A stretch of 59,476 nt of DNA, counting the filler, from Sphacelaria rigidula (Eukaryota), in assembly GCA_964200075.2 (NCBI GenBank). It is 9 parts of 9 records of this genome, joined end to end, with 100 filler letters (N's around TTAATTAATTAA, not from the genome) between each part and the next. Parts side by side here need not be neighbours in the genome. Positions count along the whole stretch, not along the records: positions 33,101 to 39,619 come from CAXNAA020019583.1; positions 39,720 to 46,238 come from CAXNAA020019584.1; positions 46,339 to 52,857 come from CAXNAA020019585.1; 6 more parts are not named here. One strand, written 5' to 3'. This document shows positions 35,451-48,489 of this stretch, one piece after another (positions within the stretch are counted from its first letter, which is position 1; each line of letters begins with the position of its first letter). Made by a program: the position numbers and the translations under genes. A model generated the notes under the pieces. It was not told the origin of the DNA. It was given only the letters and a program-made list of their open reading frames with translations, and made no database searches.

Positions 35451-38400
35451 TCACTTGATGTTCATCAGAACATTCCTGTGGTACCTGAAGCTACCAACAG
35501 GCAAAGGTTTCGTCAAAACGTCTGCGTGCTGCTGAGGAAACTTGACATACCCCACTCGAATGATTTGTTCAGGCACCGATTCCCTCAGAAAATGACGACG
35601 CACATCAATGTGCTTGCTATTGTGGGAGCTTCGCGGATGTTTCCCGAGTTGATTCGCCCCCTGGTTATCCTCATACACCGTCAGTGGCATGCAAAATTCC
35701 TTCCTTTGCGGCTGCATAAATTCCAGCACCACCTTCACGAACAGAGCACCCTTCACTACGTCGCCCATCGCTAGGTATTCAGCCTGAGTAGAAGAGAGAG
35801 TTACATTCTCTTGAGTGCGAGAAAAAAAACCCTATAACAGCCCCGCAGAAAAATATTGCCCCTCCCGACACTGAACGCCGATAATCGAATTTTTCCTAGT
35901 CTGCATCCGCATACGCCACCAACTCATCACTTGAACCCCTAGCATACGCGATTCCCAAGTCTACCATTGTCTTGAGGTACTCGAAAATCCGCAACACTTT
36001 GCGCCAGTCCTCAGGCGTCGGGTTTTCGTTGTGGCGGGATGCAGCTCTCACGGCGTCAGCGATGTCCGGGCGGGTGTTGATGGAGAGCCACATCAAAGAT
36101 CCCACCGCCTCACGGTACCTCCCCTCGAAATCCTCTCCCTGATCCACCTTGAAGTCAGAAGAAACAAACGCAGGGGTTTCAGCGGTCCTTTTGATCGAAA
36201 ATCTTTCAAGAATCCGCTGAGTATACGCAGTCTGAGACAATTTGAGGGTCCCTTTCTCGAGATCGTGTTTGTACTCGCATCCTGCGTACCAGACCAGCTC
36301 ACCAAGCTTCTTCGTTGGAAAATGTGCGTTGAGATCCTCTGCCAACTTGTTGCACACAGACTCAGCACCCACAACGAACATGTCATCGACGTGAACCACA
36401 ATCAGAACCTTGACCTCCTTGCCGTCCATCAGCCTGAACACACACGGGTCTATCAAACTCTGTTCGAAGCCCAGACCTTTCAGAGTTTCCCCAGCTTCCC
36501 CTACCACTCTCTAGCAGCTTGCTTCAACCCATAGAGTATCTTGTGCAAACGTACGACAGTGCCAGATCGTTCACCCAAACCTGGCGGTAGCCTCATGTAC
36601 ACGTCATCCTCTAGTTCCGACAGAACGAGGACTTGCTCAACGTTAAAATGAAAAATCATGTTTCCCTCTGCGCAAGCTACCGCTGTAGCTACTCGGTTAG
36701 TCGTAGTGGGTGGGGTTATTGAGATCGTCGGAAGGTCGCCAATTTCTTGCCGATCACCCCTAAAACCCAGTCGAGCTTTAGCCTTCATCACGTAACCATC
36801 ATCGGTTTCCCACTGAGAAACCCACTTCGAATCGACCGCTTTCTCTCCAAACGGGGGTGAGTCATATACGGTCTACGTGTTACTGCGTCCTAGCCCCCCT
36901 CCTTCCTTCTTCATCGCGTCCAACCACACACTCTTGTACTTCGAACTGTACACATCCTTCACAGACTTGGGGTCTGACTCACTCTCTTCAAGAGTCACGT
37001 GTGGGATCAACTCCAACACAGACTCCCCTGAGTGTCTTGGGTCCTCCGTGCTTTCCAGCTGAGCTAGGATCTGTTCCGTAGCCCACAAATCCTCCGTGAC
37101 TGTTCACAACGCATTACGATCACCCTCATGCTCCCGCAGGTCTGGAACTTGCTGTTGAAGTCGCTGCTCCTGACGCTGCTGCAGCAAGGCACGTGTCTGT
37201 TGCTTTGTCCGGCCAAGTGTCGGCTCAACCGAGTCACGTTGATTCGCGGCATCCCTGCCGCCGCCGACAGACGATGTATGCGAAAGATCTTCATCAGAGG
37301 ATGAACACGAAGCAGACGGCTGCTGGCCAGACTCTTCGCTGTTGTTGCCGCCTCGCTCCTTTTCAGATTTCACCATCCCATCAGGTCCACCACCGCATCT
37401 GCCACTCGTTCAGGTTCCTCTGACAAAGCACCACCCGGAACCCCCCCACCAGTGCCGAGATCCGACTTGTCAGAGTCAGAATCAGAGCTCTCGACATCGC
37501 CCTCCCCGCTCTCCACATCATGTGAGTTTTCCCCTCCCGATATAGAAAACGGAACCGCTTGCTGCGATTTTTTGGGGGGGTGAGTGCTGCCAAGTAACAT
37601 CGCGAGTAGTGATTACATATCTTCCTTTCGTCCGCATTCACATGGTATCACGGGGGTAGTTGTAGCCAGGCCCTAAGTAAAAACACTCCTGTGCTTTCGA
37701 CATACACTTGGACGTCCCCTTATACCTACAATATCCTGGCTTGAAGAAAGGGAGAAGCTTGACTTCAGGCACTTCGCCGTAAAACACCTCATCTGGGGAC
37801 TTCTTCCCAGGGTTAGCAGTGGTAGCAGAACGGTTCAACGCATCTGCTGCCGAACGATACGACTCAGCCCACCTCCAGGAACATTCACGCCATACGGTAC
37901 CTTTATCTGAATCCTAGCTGCCATAGCGGCTTTCTCAATCATCGCGATTGCCCGTTCGGCAACACCATTGTACTCGGGACTGTCTGCTGGGGTGTACTCT
38001 TGCCTTATGCCACGCTCACGACACAGATCACTGGAAGAACCTGAAAACTCTCCACCACCGTCAGATCTTGCGGTCTCTACGACTGAGGGAATGCACCGTG
38101 CTCCTACATCAGCCAGGTATTGCTTAAACGCCCTCGTGATGTCAGACTTATGTTTCCCGAATTACATCCAAATTTTCCGGGTGAAATCCTCCCGGATGAA
38201 AAAATAATCATTCATGCCACCTGCACTCTCGACCAATTTCGGGCTAGACGCATCAATGAACACACGCTCAAAAGGCTTAGCTGCACGCGTAGTGGTGGAC
38301 GTAGGAATGGGTTTCCGCAACCCTTTTGCCATTGAGCAGCCTTTGCATTCGTGCAACTTGCCCACTAGTCTCACCCCCAGCTGTTTCGCCGTTTCTGGTA

Positions 38401-39593
38401 ACAAACCCTCGTGCAGGTGCCCGTGTGACTGGTGAAACGAATTTATGTCGACCTGATTACGGTCAACGGGCATCTTGCCTGGGGCGAGAACAGCTCGCGC
38501 GGATTCATCGGGGTCAGACTGATGGGTTTTCGACGAACAAATGGATGGCAGGCTACGGGGGGTTGCGGTCACGACATCGTTTCTGCCGTCCTTTTCAAAA
38601 AGCAGTTTCTTCCCACCGGGCAACGTGATTTCAGTGCCCTCTTTCGTCAGTCTAATCGGTAAACCATGGCCAACCACTACACTCTGCAGGGAGAAAAGGT
38701 TTATGTCAAAATCAGGCATATGTGCCACGCGTCTGATACTGACTGTTAACTTGTCTTCGCCACTACCTATCGACAACAAGATTGTTCCAAAGCCCAAAAT
38801 CGGCGCCTTTTGACTGTTAGCCGCCGTTACCGAACAATCAGAGCAAGGCTCATAGTCATGCATGCAGTCACGTGAACGGATCATACGACATGTTGCAGCA
38901 CTGTCTGCAATCCAAACCTCTTGCCCCCCGTCGTCAAGAACTGGGCAATCCCCTCGTGTATCATCTGCTGCAGACGCGTATTCGTCATTCCCGACTGCTA
39001 TCAAACTAAAGTCTACTGAGTCCTTGAAAGAGTCAGACGTGCACGTTGCAACCATTTTGTTGAACGTTTTCGAATGTCCTTTTCCTCCGCACACCTCGCA
39101 AACACGTTCTGGGCACTCAGACTTGAAATCACCAGTTTTGCCACACTCGTAACAGGGGAGATTTTTCTTATACCCGGCTTTCTTCTTACCCAAGGAACTA
39201 CCGTCACCACCTGCTTTTCCATCTGACTGTGTATTTCCATCACTTGATCCAGCCGCGGATTTCTGCGACTTTACGCCTTCTTTTTTTCTTACTCCTGTAG
39301 CCGGAACCCTTATTGCCTGCATATAAAGCACGGTTGTGATCACTACAACGCGAAGTACCCGTTTTCTTTAGAGACAGAAATGTATCCTTTACAACGGCTC
39401 GGGTCTTGTCAGTCAACAGTGATGGTTCAAAACGCAGCTGATCTCGAATTGTGGTGTACTCAGCAGGGAAGGAATGTAGGAATTTATCCACCCTCATCTC
39501 ACGGGAACCTCCAAACCCAATGTTACAGAACGCGATTGCACCGACTAACAGCCGATTTTCGAAAATGGGGTTGAAAAAAAAAATGAGGTTCAA
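35451..39593 (-). mobile_element. Degenerate Ty1/Copia gag-pol (zinc knuckles, protease, integrase, RT, RNase H)
   Basis: CYECGKTG..KSEC; WIADSAAT; FHQSHGH...CKGC; RSDGGGEF...YNGVAERA; KAKARL..RG..Q; LYGLKQAAREW; VHVDDM; YREAVGSLMWL..TRPDIA; AYADAD; EDNQGA..SKHIDVRRHF..ADVLTKPL. Integrase precedes RT (Copia order). Stops and frameshifts present. Confidence 0.97.
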
Positions 39594-39619
39594 CTCAAAA
39601 GCCGTGCTTTCCCTGACCT

Positions 39620-39719
39620 NNNNNNNNNNNNNNNNNNNNNNNNNNNNNNNNNNNNNNNNNNNNTTAATTAATTAANNNNNNNNNNNNNNNNNNNNNNNNN
39701 NNNNNNNNNNNNNNNNNNN
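39620..39719. other. Artificial contig-joining spacer
   Basis: N44-TTAATTAATTAA-N44. Confidence 0.99.
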
Positions 39720-40980
39720 GGAAGCCGCAGTTGTCGCCGCGCGGGGGGCGAAGAGCGTGACACGGGTGCTTTCTGCATCCGTATCGATGTCTGCAGCCGC
39801 AGTAGGTGTAGGGGCTGCGATGGGAGCGGTAGTCGAAGGTGCCGGGGCGTCAGCCATAATGGAAGCAGATCGCAGGTATCGACGGAGATCTGCGATTTGT
39901 CGTTCCACCGCACGCACAGTGGCAGCATCAGGATGGGGCGAAAGTGCACGGTGAGTGCTGTGTCCGTCGCGTAAGGGTGCGTGGATGTCAGTCAACGAAG
40001 CATTGGTGGGCAGCCGTGAACTCACGCGGGTCTGATCGACAGATTTGGGTCGTGAGGATCCCGTGGTTGATGATAATCCTGACAGCAATGCACGTACGTC
40101 ATGAACATGAGTGGTACGATCACCATGATGGACAGTGTCGTCACCACCCATATCCGAATCAAAGGGCACATCTGAGGTCGAACGTTCGTCATTATGGCCT
40201 GCAGTCGCTGGTACAGAGGCCTGATGGTTCACACTACTGTTAGAGTGAACATGATCTGAGGACGTTCAATGTTGAACGGCTGTGTGAAACGCGGCCGCAA
40301 GCGCTTGTGAAAGGGCAGTTATCGCCGGACCGTCAGAAATGACAGCCGGTGATGAACGGAGCAAGTGCTCAAGAGCCGTGACTAAAGGCAGGTGCCCTGT
40401 GGAAAACTCTTCTGAGCGGCCAAGACGCGAGGAAAATGTTCGGCGCGAGGGCTGGTGAACAGAAGTGTCCTCACGATACATGTTGTGTCGTCGCGGGCGC
40501 TGTAAGGCATCGGAACCCTTGTGCGACGTACCGAAAACGTCGGAAGGCATGGACGGATGCCATTCGTCAACACCGCGAGCGCGGAGTGAGTCGAGAACCG
40601 CGGCGGAAGCCTGGAGCAGTTTGTGTTGCACAGCAGTGGAAACGCGTGGCGACTCGGCAGACGTGTTGGAACTCCGAGACGGTGTGCGTTTCACAACAGA
40701 GCGAGCGCGTAGCGACTCGGCGATCATGTTGGAACTTCAAGACGGCGTGCGTTTCACAACAGAGCGAGCGCGTAGCGACTCGGCGATCATGTTGGAAGTC
40801 TTGGACAGTGGACGGTCCGCGACAGAGCGAGCGCGTAGCGACTCGTCGATCATGTCGGGAGTCTTGGACGGTGTGCGTTTCGCAACAGAGCGAGCGCGTA
40901 GCGACTCATCGTTCATGTTGGAAGTCTTGGACAAATGGCGGTCGTGGTCACCAGTAGCAGCCGAGTCTCGGGACGTGTAG
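39720..40980 (-). mobile_element. Probable decayed gag-like/5' ORF of an LTR retroelement
   Basis: GC-rich, long open minus frames broken by stops (LVTALEHLLRSS..; AVERQIADLRRYLRS..). Follows a long strand-biased non-coding tract (41000-43050). No diagnostic domain seen. Confidence 0.35.
40643..40933. repeat. 63-bp tandem repeat, about 4.6 copies
   Basis: GCGACTC anchor at 40649, 40712, 40775, 40838 and 40901; unit is 21 codons (MIAESLRARSVVKRTPS.. on minus). Confidence 0.92.
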
Positions 40981-43900
40981 ACGCCAGAGTTGAGGGCCGA
41001 ATCTCTGTCGGATTTTACTTCTTCGTGTACAGGGGAAGTGAGAATGAATGGTTTTGAAGGAAATGATGAAAGGAAACGCTGACGGCGTAAAGATTTGTAA
41101 GAAAGAAGGGCCGAGGGGAGAATTATTCTCTGTGTTTGCGCCATATGAAATTGAAGAGGTAGAAATGGACGCCAGACACCAGAGTACAATAGTTCTGATG
41201 TAGTAATAGCAGGTAGTGTAGGCTCGGCAGGGGATTGTAAGTACCGAAAAACAAATTAAGCAGTAAAGACTACAATATTTATAAATGGAGGTACCCGAAG
41301 TAGAGTAAACTGCGGTGATAATAACAATCAGCGTAATCGCGACAATTTTTACATGTACCGAAAGGACGCACAGCAGAGCAAAATATGAAGAACTGAAGCT
41401 AAACGCCGAAAAGAGAGGAACTGCGGCAGAAATACGACACCTGTAGAGGAAACCGTGTTTGGGGAACCGCAGGAAGGCGCACTGAAGGTGTATCACATAT
41501 ATTAATAGTTGTCAAGGAACAAACTTACAGAAAAGCCAATAGTTTTCGCAAGAGAGGTGTGGTGCAAGAGCAAAACCTAACAACGAGACGACTGTGAAAG
41601 GAGGCGGACACTTGGACAGATATCCAACGGCGCACTGTGCACGTCAAATACAACAGGGGCACTTAGTGGCCAGGCACACACTGAACGAGGGTACTACAGT
41701 GGTGTAAGTAGGATACCGCACACAGAAAGTGTAGGTAAACACAACTCGAGACAGCGGAAGTAGACACCACGACAAGTGTAAATCACTCGGCCAAGGTGAA
41801 GGCGACGATGTGTTAATAGTTGTGGAATTCAATACAGAAAGAGAATCAAAAGGGCGGCAGCGAGGGTGCGAAACACTGGAGTCGAGTGCAGGGGTCCAAG
41901 AGGAGACAGCTGGAGCAGCCGACTGAAACACAAATGTTGGGGCAGATCAGGCGCCAACTGAAAGGATTACAGGGGGATACGAAATTTAGAAAAACAACAG
42001 TAAATCGTAAAACGAATCCGGTAGTACAGAGCCAGAGAGGGAAAAGGTGGATAACGTAGGATACAACCAAAGGGGGGATCGCGCAGTACAGTACCAAAAG
42101 AGAAACGTGTGTCCCGTAGTACACACACAAGAGATGAAGGATGTATCACCTAGTACACAAAGAGAAGATGAAATGCGCGTCGCGGAATACACAACCACAA
42201 GATGAAAAGTGGATTGCGTATTGCACACCCGGCGGGAAGTTTGAGAAGCGGGGCTGGGGTGTTGTATAAACCCGAGGGAGTGTGCGGTGACAGAAATACA
42301 GCACCGACACGAGTGAGTAAGCGGGGAAGGTGTCGTGTACGCGGAAGAACAGACAATGTGCGGAAGAACAGGTAATGTGTACTACAGTGCTGCAAGACGG
42401 TGGAGCGATGGTTGCTCCTGCACAGGTGTTGCACCGAAAAAGTAAGCGTGGATGCTGTATGCGGTGAACTAAAACACTCAAACAGTCAGCGCAAGAGTAA
42501 GAGGACACCGCACTATAGCCACAGCGGCGGCGCACAAGTGTCAACGTCCTGCAGGGAGAAATTTATAGTCGCTTTCGCCCTAAGATAAAAGCGGCGTGTT
42601 CTGGATTTGTCCAGTAAGGTAAATGTCAACCAAAGGGTTTACAACAAGCAATCCGACACAGCGCTGGGCGGGATATTCGGCGAGCGATGTGGGGCAGCAA
42701 GGACGATAACAATAGAACAAGGGCACTACAAATCAAGAGTGCGGCTCAGGAAAAGGAGCGACCAAAGCAGGAGAAGGACAAAGACCGAGTGCGCCAGCGA
42801 GGGAGGCGCAATTGTGGCGGCTGCGGCGGAAATGTAACTGAAGGGATGCAGAACTACAGTACTGTAACACAGCAAAAAAGAAAGCACTCTGAAAGCTAAA
42901 TGAAAACAAGGGACTGTAAAACAAACTGCTAAAAACAAAAGGGAAAGTACAGGGTGAACCAAAAATGAGAATCAGCAAACGTGGGCTACAGAAAGAGACA
43001 GCTAGACAAGGCAACAAGGCTACAAGAATACGCGTGAACGACTACTGAAACACCAAGCAAGGCACGGCTAATTGGTCAACGCCAGTGTAATGAGGATAGG
43101 TATGGACAAATTCCACACAACTTCCTTGAAAGATCGATGTGCTGCAAGCTGAGCACAAGATGCAACGATATGTCCGAGAGATATGTGTTTCACACACGCA
43201 CAGATTCAGGTGACCGATGGCCAACAGTAGCAAACAGACAAAAGGAGCTCGAAGGCTTGATATCTTATAATTCTCACTTGTTGTTCTCTTGCTCACCTAG
43301 CGTACTGTTCTCATCAAAGGTAAGCAGTAGGAGAAGATGATCCAGCCAGCTCAGGGAGCAGCTCATGAGTGAGCGAGGGTGCATGAGATACATGCAACGC
43401 AACCTATCTGACCTCGGCCCGAGAAGGCGTTTTACCTTCTCGGGGCTAGGGTACACCAGTCTGCACACAGTCTGCACACCAACCTTCCCCAGTGCCATGG
43501 AAGTATTCCCATGGACAGATCGAAATGATCTGTGAGTCAATCTGCCCCAAAATTTTCTGTAGGAACAAATAACGCCTCTCTATCTTCCTTCCCCATGACA
43601 TTGCACCCGTCAGCATGAAAGTATGTAAGACCCACGGCCTGTACTTGTGAAAACTCTTCCCTGCTGCAACACCCTGGCACTGCATCGTCCTACTGTTATA
43701 CCGTAAACTCTACATCGTACAGTATGTATTGTGCGCATCATCTCGAGAAAAAGAAATCTCATCCACGGCACCACCGGATGATGAAAGATCGAAATGGGGG
43801 TTTTCGGTCGTGTTCAATATTTACTCGTGATGGCTGGACTTCGATACTCCGTCGGTCCTCTTTGTGTTGTCGCTGCTGTTTACACTCATTCTTTTCGTTT

Positions 43901-44124
43901 CGTCTTCTACGTGTTTTTACCGTTTGCCTTGAACTGTGCGATCCCGCGTCGTTTTTTTTCAATTCGAGAGCCCACGTTACGAACTATGCGGCTCGTTACG
44001 GATGTTCGCAAACAAAGTGAAGCCTGCACGTAGTCAGTAGTGATACCCTCTGCATCTGCACCCAACACTGCCATGTACGTGCATCTGCATGTGGCCTCGA
44101 ACCCTACAGTGAAGACGGTGTAGC

Positions 44125-44260
44125 ACTGTACTGTATTGGCAAAGCACAGCGACCTACTGTGCTCGCGAGTACAGCCCGTGCTTGTAACCTGGCGCTGCTG
44201 TATTGTTTGTTCTTGCAGAGTACAGTCCGTGCTTGTAATGTGGCATTACTGTATTGTCTG
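44125..44260. repeat. ~51-bp tandem repeat, about 2.5 copies
   Basis: GAGTACAG.CCGTGCTTGTAA..TGGC..T.CTGTATTGT.TG is repeated. Confidence 0.7.
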
Positions 44261-45216
44261 TGCTTGCTTTCATCTAAACCCCAGCTCGAAAATTGCGTGT
44301 GAGCTCGCAACGATTGGCAGAAAAAACGCGGTGAGAGGGGTAAGTGTGTACAAACAGAATCGGTCAGCACATCTTCCACGTTCTTACCGCTTTCCTTGAA
44401 CACTGCGGATATACTGCACCGCCAGGGTACTGCTTGCACCCGTCAGCATGACGGCTGCTGCCGTTGGCATCGGCGCCACCGCTTGCGGCCACGGCAAGAT
44501 TAATTTTGCAACAAGAGAAGCTGATGCATACTCGTACTGTTGTATACAGTCCGTCTTCAGGTTATAAAACTAAAAACCACTGCAGAACTGCCGTGTTGTC
44601 TTGTGTTCAGTGTAGTACTCTCCACCCCATATTCCACTGCAGAGTTGTCTTGTGTTCAGTGTACCACACTGTACTCCGGATAATGGGGTCACGTTTTGAG
44701 CAGTTCTTGAAACGTTCTGCTCGTTTTTCTGTCACGGAAATCCAATACCGGAGTTGAAATAGACTGAGATAACAACCAATTAAAATGTTTTGAATTCCTA
44801 CGGCATCAGCGAATGTGTGACAGTCAGTCAAATCAATCAAACGATCAATCGTGAAATCTGACTGCGTTTGCGGGGGTATCCAAAATGCGTCGAGCATGTG
44901 GCAAAAGTAGTGCACATGTCATCGAGGTCCCCCCAGCACGTCGTACTGTGGCGCATTGCCAGTGCCGCGGGGGCCATGGCGAAACGCGATCGTGGCTGAT
45001 GCATGCATGCTTCTGGTTGCTTATCGCTCGACCGATCCTCCAGACGAGATGTATCTGACTTCTCGCAGAAGCCATACTGGGACCTAGGTTCATTTGATTG
45101 CTACCGTACCCACCTCTGGCCCTGAAAATCGGGTGGGCCGGGCAAATACACACCGACAATAATTGTCACATCTGGACGGCGACGAGCATAAAACCGCATA
45201 GTTTGACTCAGGAAAA

Positions 45217-45657
45217 AACACGGGATTTTACAAATTGGGGATGGATTTTTATTGCGGATGGGAACCCAGAGAATTAAAATCTTCGTATCCACACCAAATC
45301 TTCGAAATCTGGTTGCACTCCTTCATCTACTGGTAGCTACTGACAACTACTACACGCCATACAAATTTGGATCCTGATGACCGAAATGTTGGGTTCCTAG
45401 GTGAAGAACCAATTTTGGGGAATTAAGATGATCTGATCAGATCGCCGAAATTCCCCACAACCGGTTCTTCACCTAGAACCCCAACATGTCGATTATCGAA
45501 ATCCAAATTTGTATGGCGTGTAGTACTTGTCAACAGCTGCCAGTAGGTGAAGAGTGGAGCCATATTTCGCAGATTTGGTGTGGATACGAAGATTTTAATT
45601 CTTCGGGTTTCTCATTCTAAATTGAAAATCAATCCCCAATATGTAAAATCCCGTGTT
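45217..45657. mobile_element. 441-bp foldback (palindromic) MITE-like element
   Basis: AACACGGGATTTTACA.ATTGGGGAT ... ATCCCCAAT.TGTAAAATCCCGTGTT; arms match along their length; centre GATCTGATCAGATC at 45430-45443. Confidence 0.85.
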
Positions 45658-46166
45658 AAGAGCGAGAGAACAGCACCTTTTTTGTTTGTGTCCCGCCGCT
45701 TTGTCGCCGGGTATGTGTTGTGTCTCCCCCACAAACGAAGAACGGAAGTTGGCAACAAAGGCGGGAAGTTATCAACCCCCAGACCTGAAGTATCGATGAA
45801 CTCACACTCCCTCGCATACACCAAAGCCGTAAGTTACGACACACAATGATTCGGGATGGGTTGTTGTGATGAAACAGTACCTCTGGTCTTCGTATGGACT
45901 CGCACCCTTGAAACCAGTTGACATCACATCACACCGCACCGCATTACATCACATCACATCATACCCCGCAGCAAGAACAACGTAAACACCTATTTGGATG
46001 ATACTTTCGCTCTCAGGCAGACTGCTGACGCAACTAGACAAGTCGTGGCCTTTGTACATTCACACAAAACATACGCAACTCACCCCACGCACTCTCACAG
46101 AGCTACACATCATGCATGGAAAATAAACCACTGAAAGTATCTTTACACATGCAAAATCCATGATTC

Positions 46167-46238
46167 GACACTTTCTACGATAGCCTCCCCAAAAAACCAG
46201 CTGAAAGTGTCACGAAAAAAATGGCCATACAGCGCCTG
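46167..46238 (-). mobile_element. GACACTTTCTACGATAG-family MITE end, cut by the contig end
   Basis: Reverse complement of 55089-55161. Confidence 0.8.
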
Positions 46239-46338
46239 NNNNNNNNNNNNNNNNNNNNNNNNNNNNNNNNNNNNNNNNNNNNTTAATTAATTAANNNNNN
46301 NNNNNNNNNNNNNNNNNNNNNNNNNNNNNNNNNNNNNN
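46239..46338. other. Artificial contig-joining spacer
   Basis: N44-TTAATTAATTAA-N44. Confidence 0.99.
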
Positions 46339-46773
46339 GTCTCTATTAGGAGTAGGAACGGTGCTTCGTCTCGAAAGGTATGCGTGGTCAATGGTCAAAC
46401 GACTAACGCAAGCAACAACAAATTACTCCGTTCTTATGGTGAAAAGGGGCTTTAGCACATATCGTGTAAGGGAATGGGGAACTCCCAAACATAGGTTTAG
46501 GGAGGGCGGGGGGGTCCTCCGGATATACGAAACTCATCTGTCATGGCTGGAGGTCAGGGAAAGCACTATTTTGGAATTGAAGCTCATTTTCATAATATCC
46601 AGCATCGTTTTCGAGGAGACTATCTTCGAGGGCGGTTCGGTTGCTGCTCTCGAGTCTTCATTTCTGCAATTCTCGATGTACAAGCCGTGTCGTACACACG
46701 CCATAATAGGGACGTTATCTGTTCTTCCAGACGAACTCAGACTTGATTCCCTTCCAGAGGAATATGTTCCCTG

Positions 46774-46914
46774 CACACCCTGGACAACATATTATTACAT
46801 TGTCAAACATTGTACCGCGCACAGTATGGGATCTGTTGTCGAATGCAGTAGATGCAGTAGTCGATACTGTACGCATTGCACTTTTTTGCAATGCAATCTA
46901 TAGTCCAGGATGTG
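46774..46914. mobile_element. 141-bp MITE (CACACCCTGGACAAT family), 8-bp TSD
   Basis: GTTCCCTG|CACACCCTGGACAA ... TAGTCCAGGATGTG|GTACCCTG; the uninterrupted host unit is at ~47096-47170. Confidence 0.8.
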
Positions 46915-47458
46915 GTACCCTGTAGAGATTTCACATATCGTATAGTCTCGTGGAATCTTGACTTTATGTACAGTATGCCATACCCTAATTACTCAAGATC
47001 CGGTCAGCATCTCTCTCTTGCTCCTCTGCAGTACGTTGTCTCGAAACGCTCGAAAAGCACGAGTTATGTGGCACAAACTCCGAAGATCGTTGTTTCTGTT
47101 CTTCCACGGGAAGACAGACTTGATTCCCCTCCAGCGGACTATGTGCCCTCTGGAGATTTCACGTACCGTCTACTCTCAAACCATCTTGATTATTCAGAGC
47201 ATGCCGTGCCCTTAATACTCTAGAGGCCGCTCTCGGTTGCTCCCCTAGATTTTTTTTGTTTCTGGAATACTCTTGAGGGACAATCTACCCATAGAGAACT
47301 AAAACTCCGTAAAACACCGTGCACGCTTGCTTGTGCTCTGCATCGAGGAAATTGTTTGAAACTTCCCACCGAAAATCAAGTACTGTCACACTCGAAACCA
47401 AACACTAAAGAGAAATTCCCCAAAACGACGACTTTCACGTGATATCAATCCCCACCGT

Positions 47459-48489
47459 TGTACCACGGCGCGTCATGAACCCCGACCTCGACGCCAAGTG
47501 CACGTCATGCCAGGAAGTACTTTGGTCATGAGGGAGGGGACGTTTGGCCTCTGAACCAAGAAGAGCTCACGAGCTGAGAGATCAAGTAAGATCCGCTCGA
47601 AGAGGAAACGATGTGATATGCGGCCGGTTCCAGCATGTTCAACGGAGATTTTCCGGCTCGCGCCCCTCTCAAGCCTATCCATGCTACAATTTCCGTTAAC
47701 AGTCGATCATATCGGGACGCGAGCCCGCACCATATATTTATAACGCTACGTCGCTATGTTTACTAAGTGTTGTTCGAATGACAGAGACATTTCCATACAA
47801 CAAGCTCGCCGTACCAAATGCATGTATGTGTCTCAACAACGTTATGTGGATGGTTGAGGTTGGCATACTAATCGAACATGTATTTTTCGTCCCTGTGGCA
47901 ATGTTACGTCCCCCCTTTCCTCGGGGCGAGCCCGTGGTCTGGAGAGACCACGCCATCCCTCCCTCAATAACGTTGGTGAAGGAGGTGGAACCACTACAGA
48001 TGGCAGTAGCTAGGGAAATGCTAGGATCTTCGAAACCGACGGGTAACACAGCTTTCAGATTAGAGTTGGGAATGTACTAAAGAAAAAAAAAAAGAGACAT
48101 GGGGTAATTGCGACTGCAATAAAGCATAAAGAACATGCAGAGGAAAAATTGCTAGCTGCAGTTGATAAGGCTGTATAGAAGAAAATTACAAAAGGGCAGG
48201 CTGGAATAAGGTGGGGTAGAGAAGTCGAGAAAGTATGGAGGGAAATCGGAGGAAACCAAGACGAATACTGTCCACAGGTGAAGGCGCGGGGTACGAGACA
48301 AAGGCAAGAGACATGTGTTATAGTGTTCGACGGGATGCACCCTCTTGGTGCAAGCCGGTCCGGTCAGAGGTCAGATACTTCCGAGGCCATCACGAGCAGC
48401 TCTGTCCTCACAAGGATCGGTTTATAGACGTGTCCAAATAAGCCAACACCACAATAATGTCACGCAGTAAGCTATACCCCCTTGGTACA
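47459..48489 (-). mobile_element. Putative 3' LTR of the Gypsy element (~1.03 kb)
   Basis: Inverted termini TGTACCA...TGGTACA, preceded on the minus strand by a purine-rich tract, downstream of pol. No second LTR on this contig to confirm. Confidence 0.5.

Noticed and set aside
41000..43050. Clusters of ORFs and candidate primer-binding sites (TGGCG..) in a strand-biased tract
   Set aside because: Low-complexity translations, and no LTR boundary or convincing tRNA complement could be fixed; probably retroelement UTR/LTR but not supportable.
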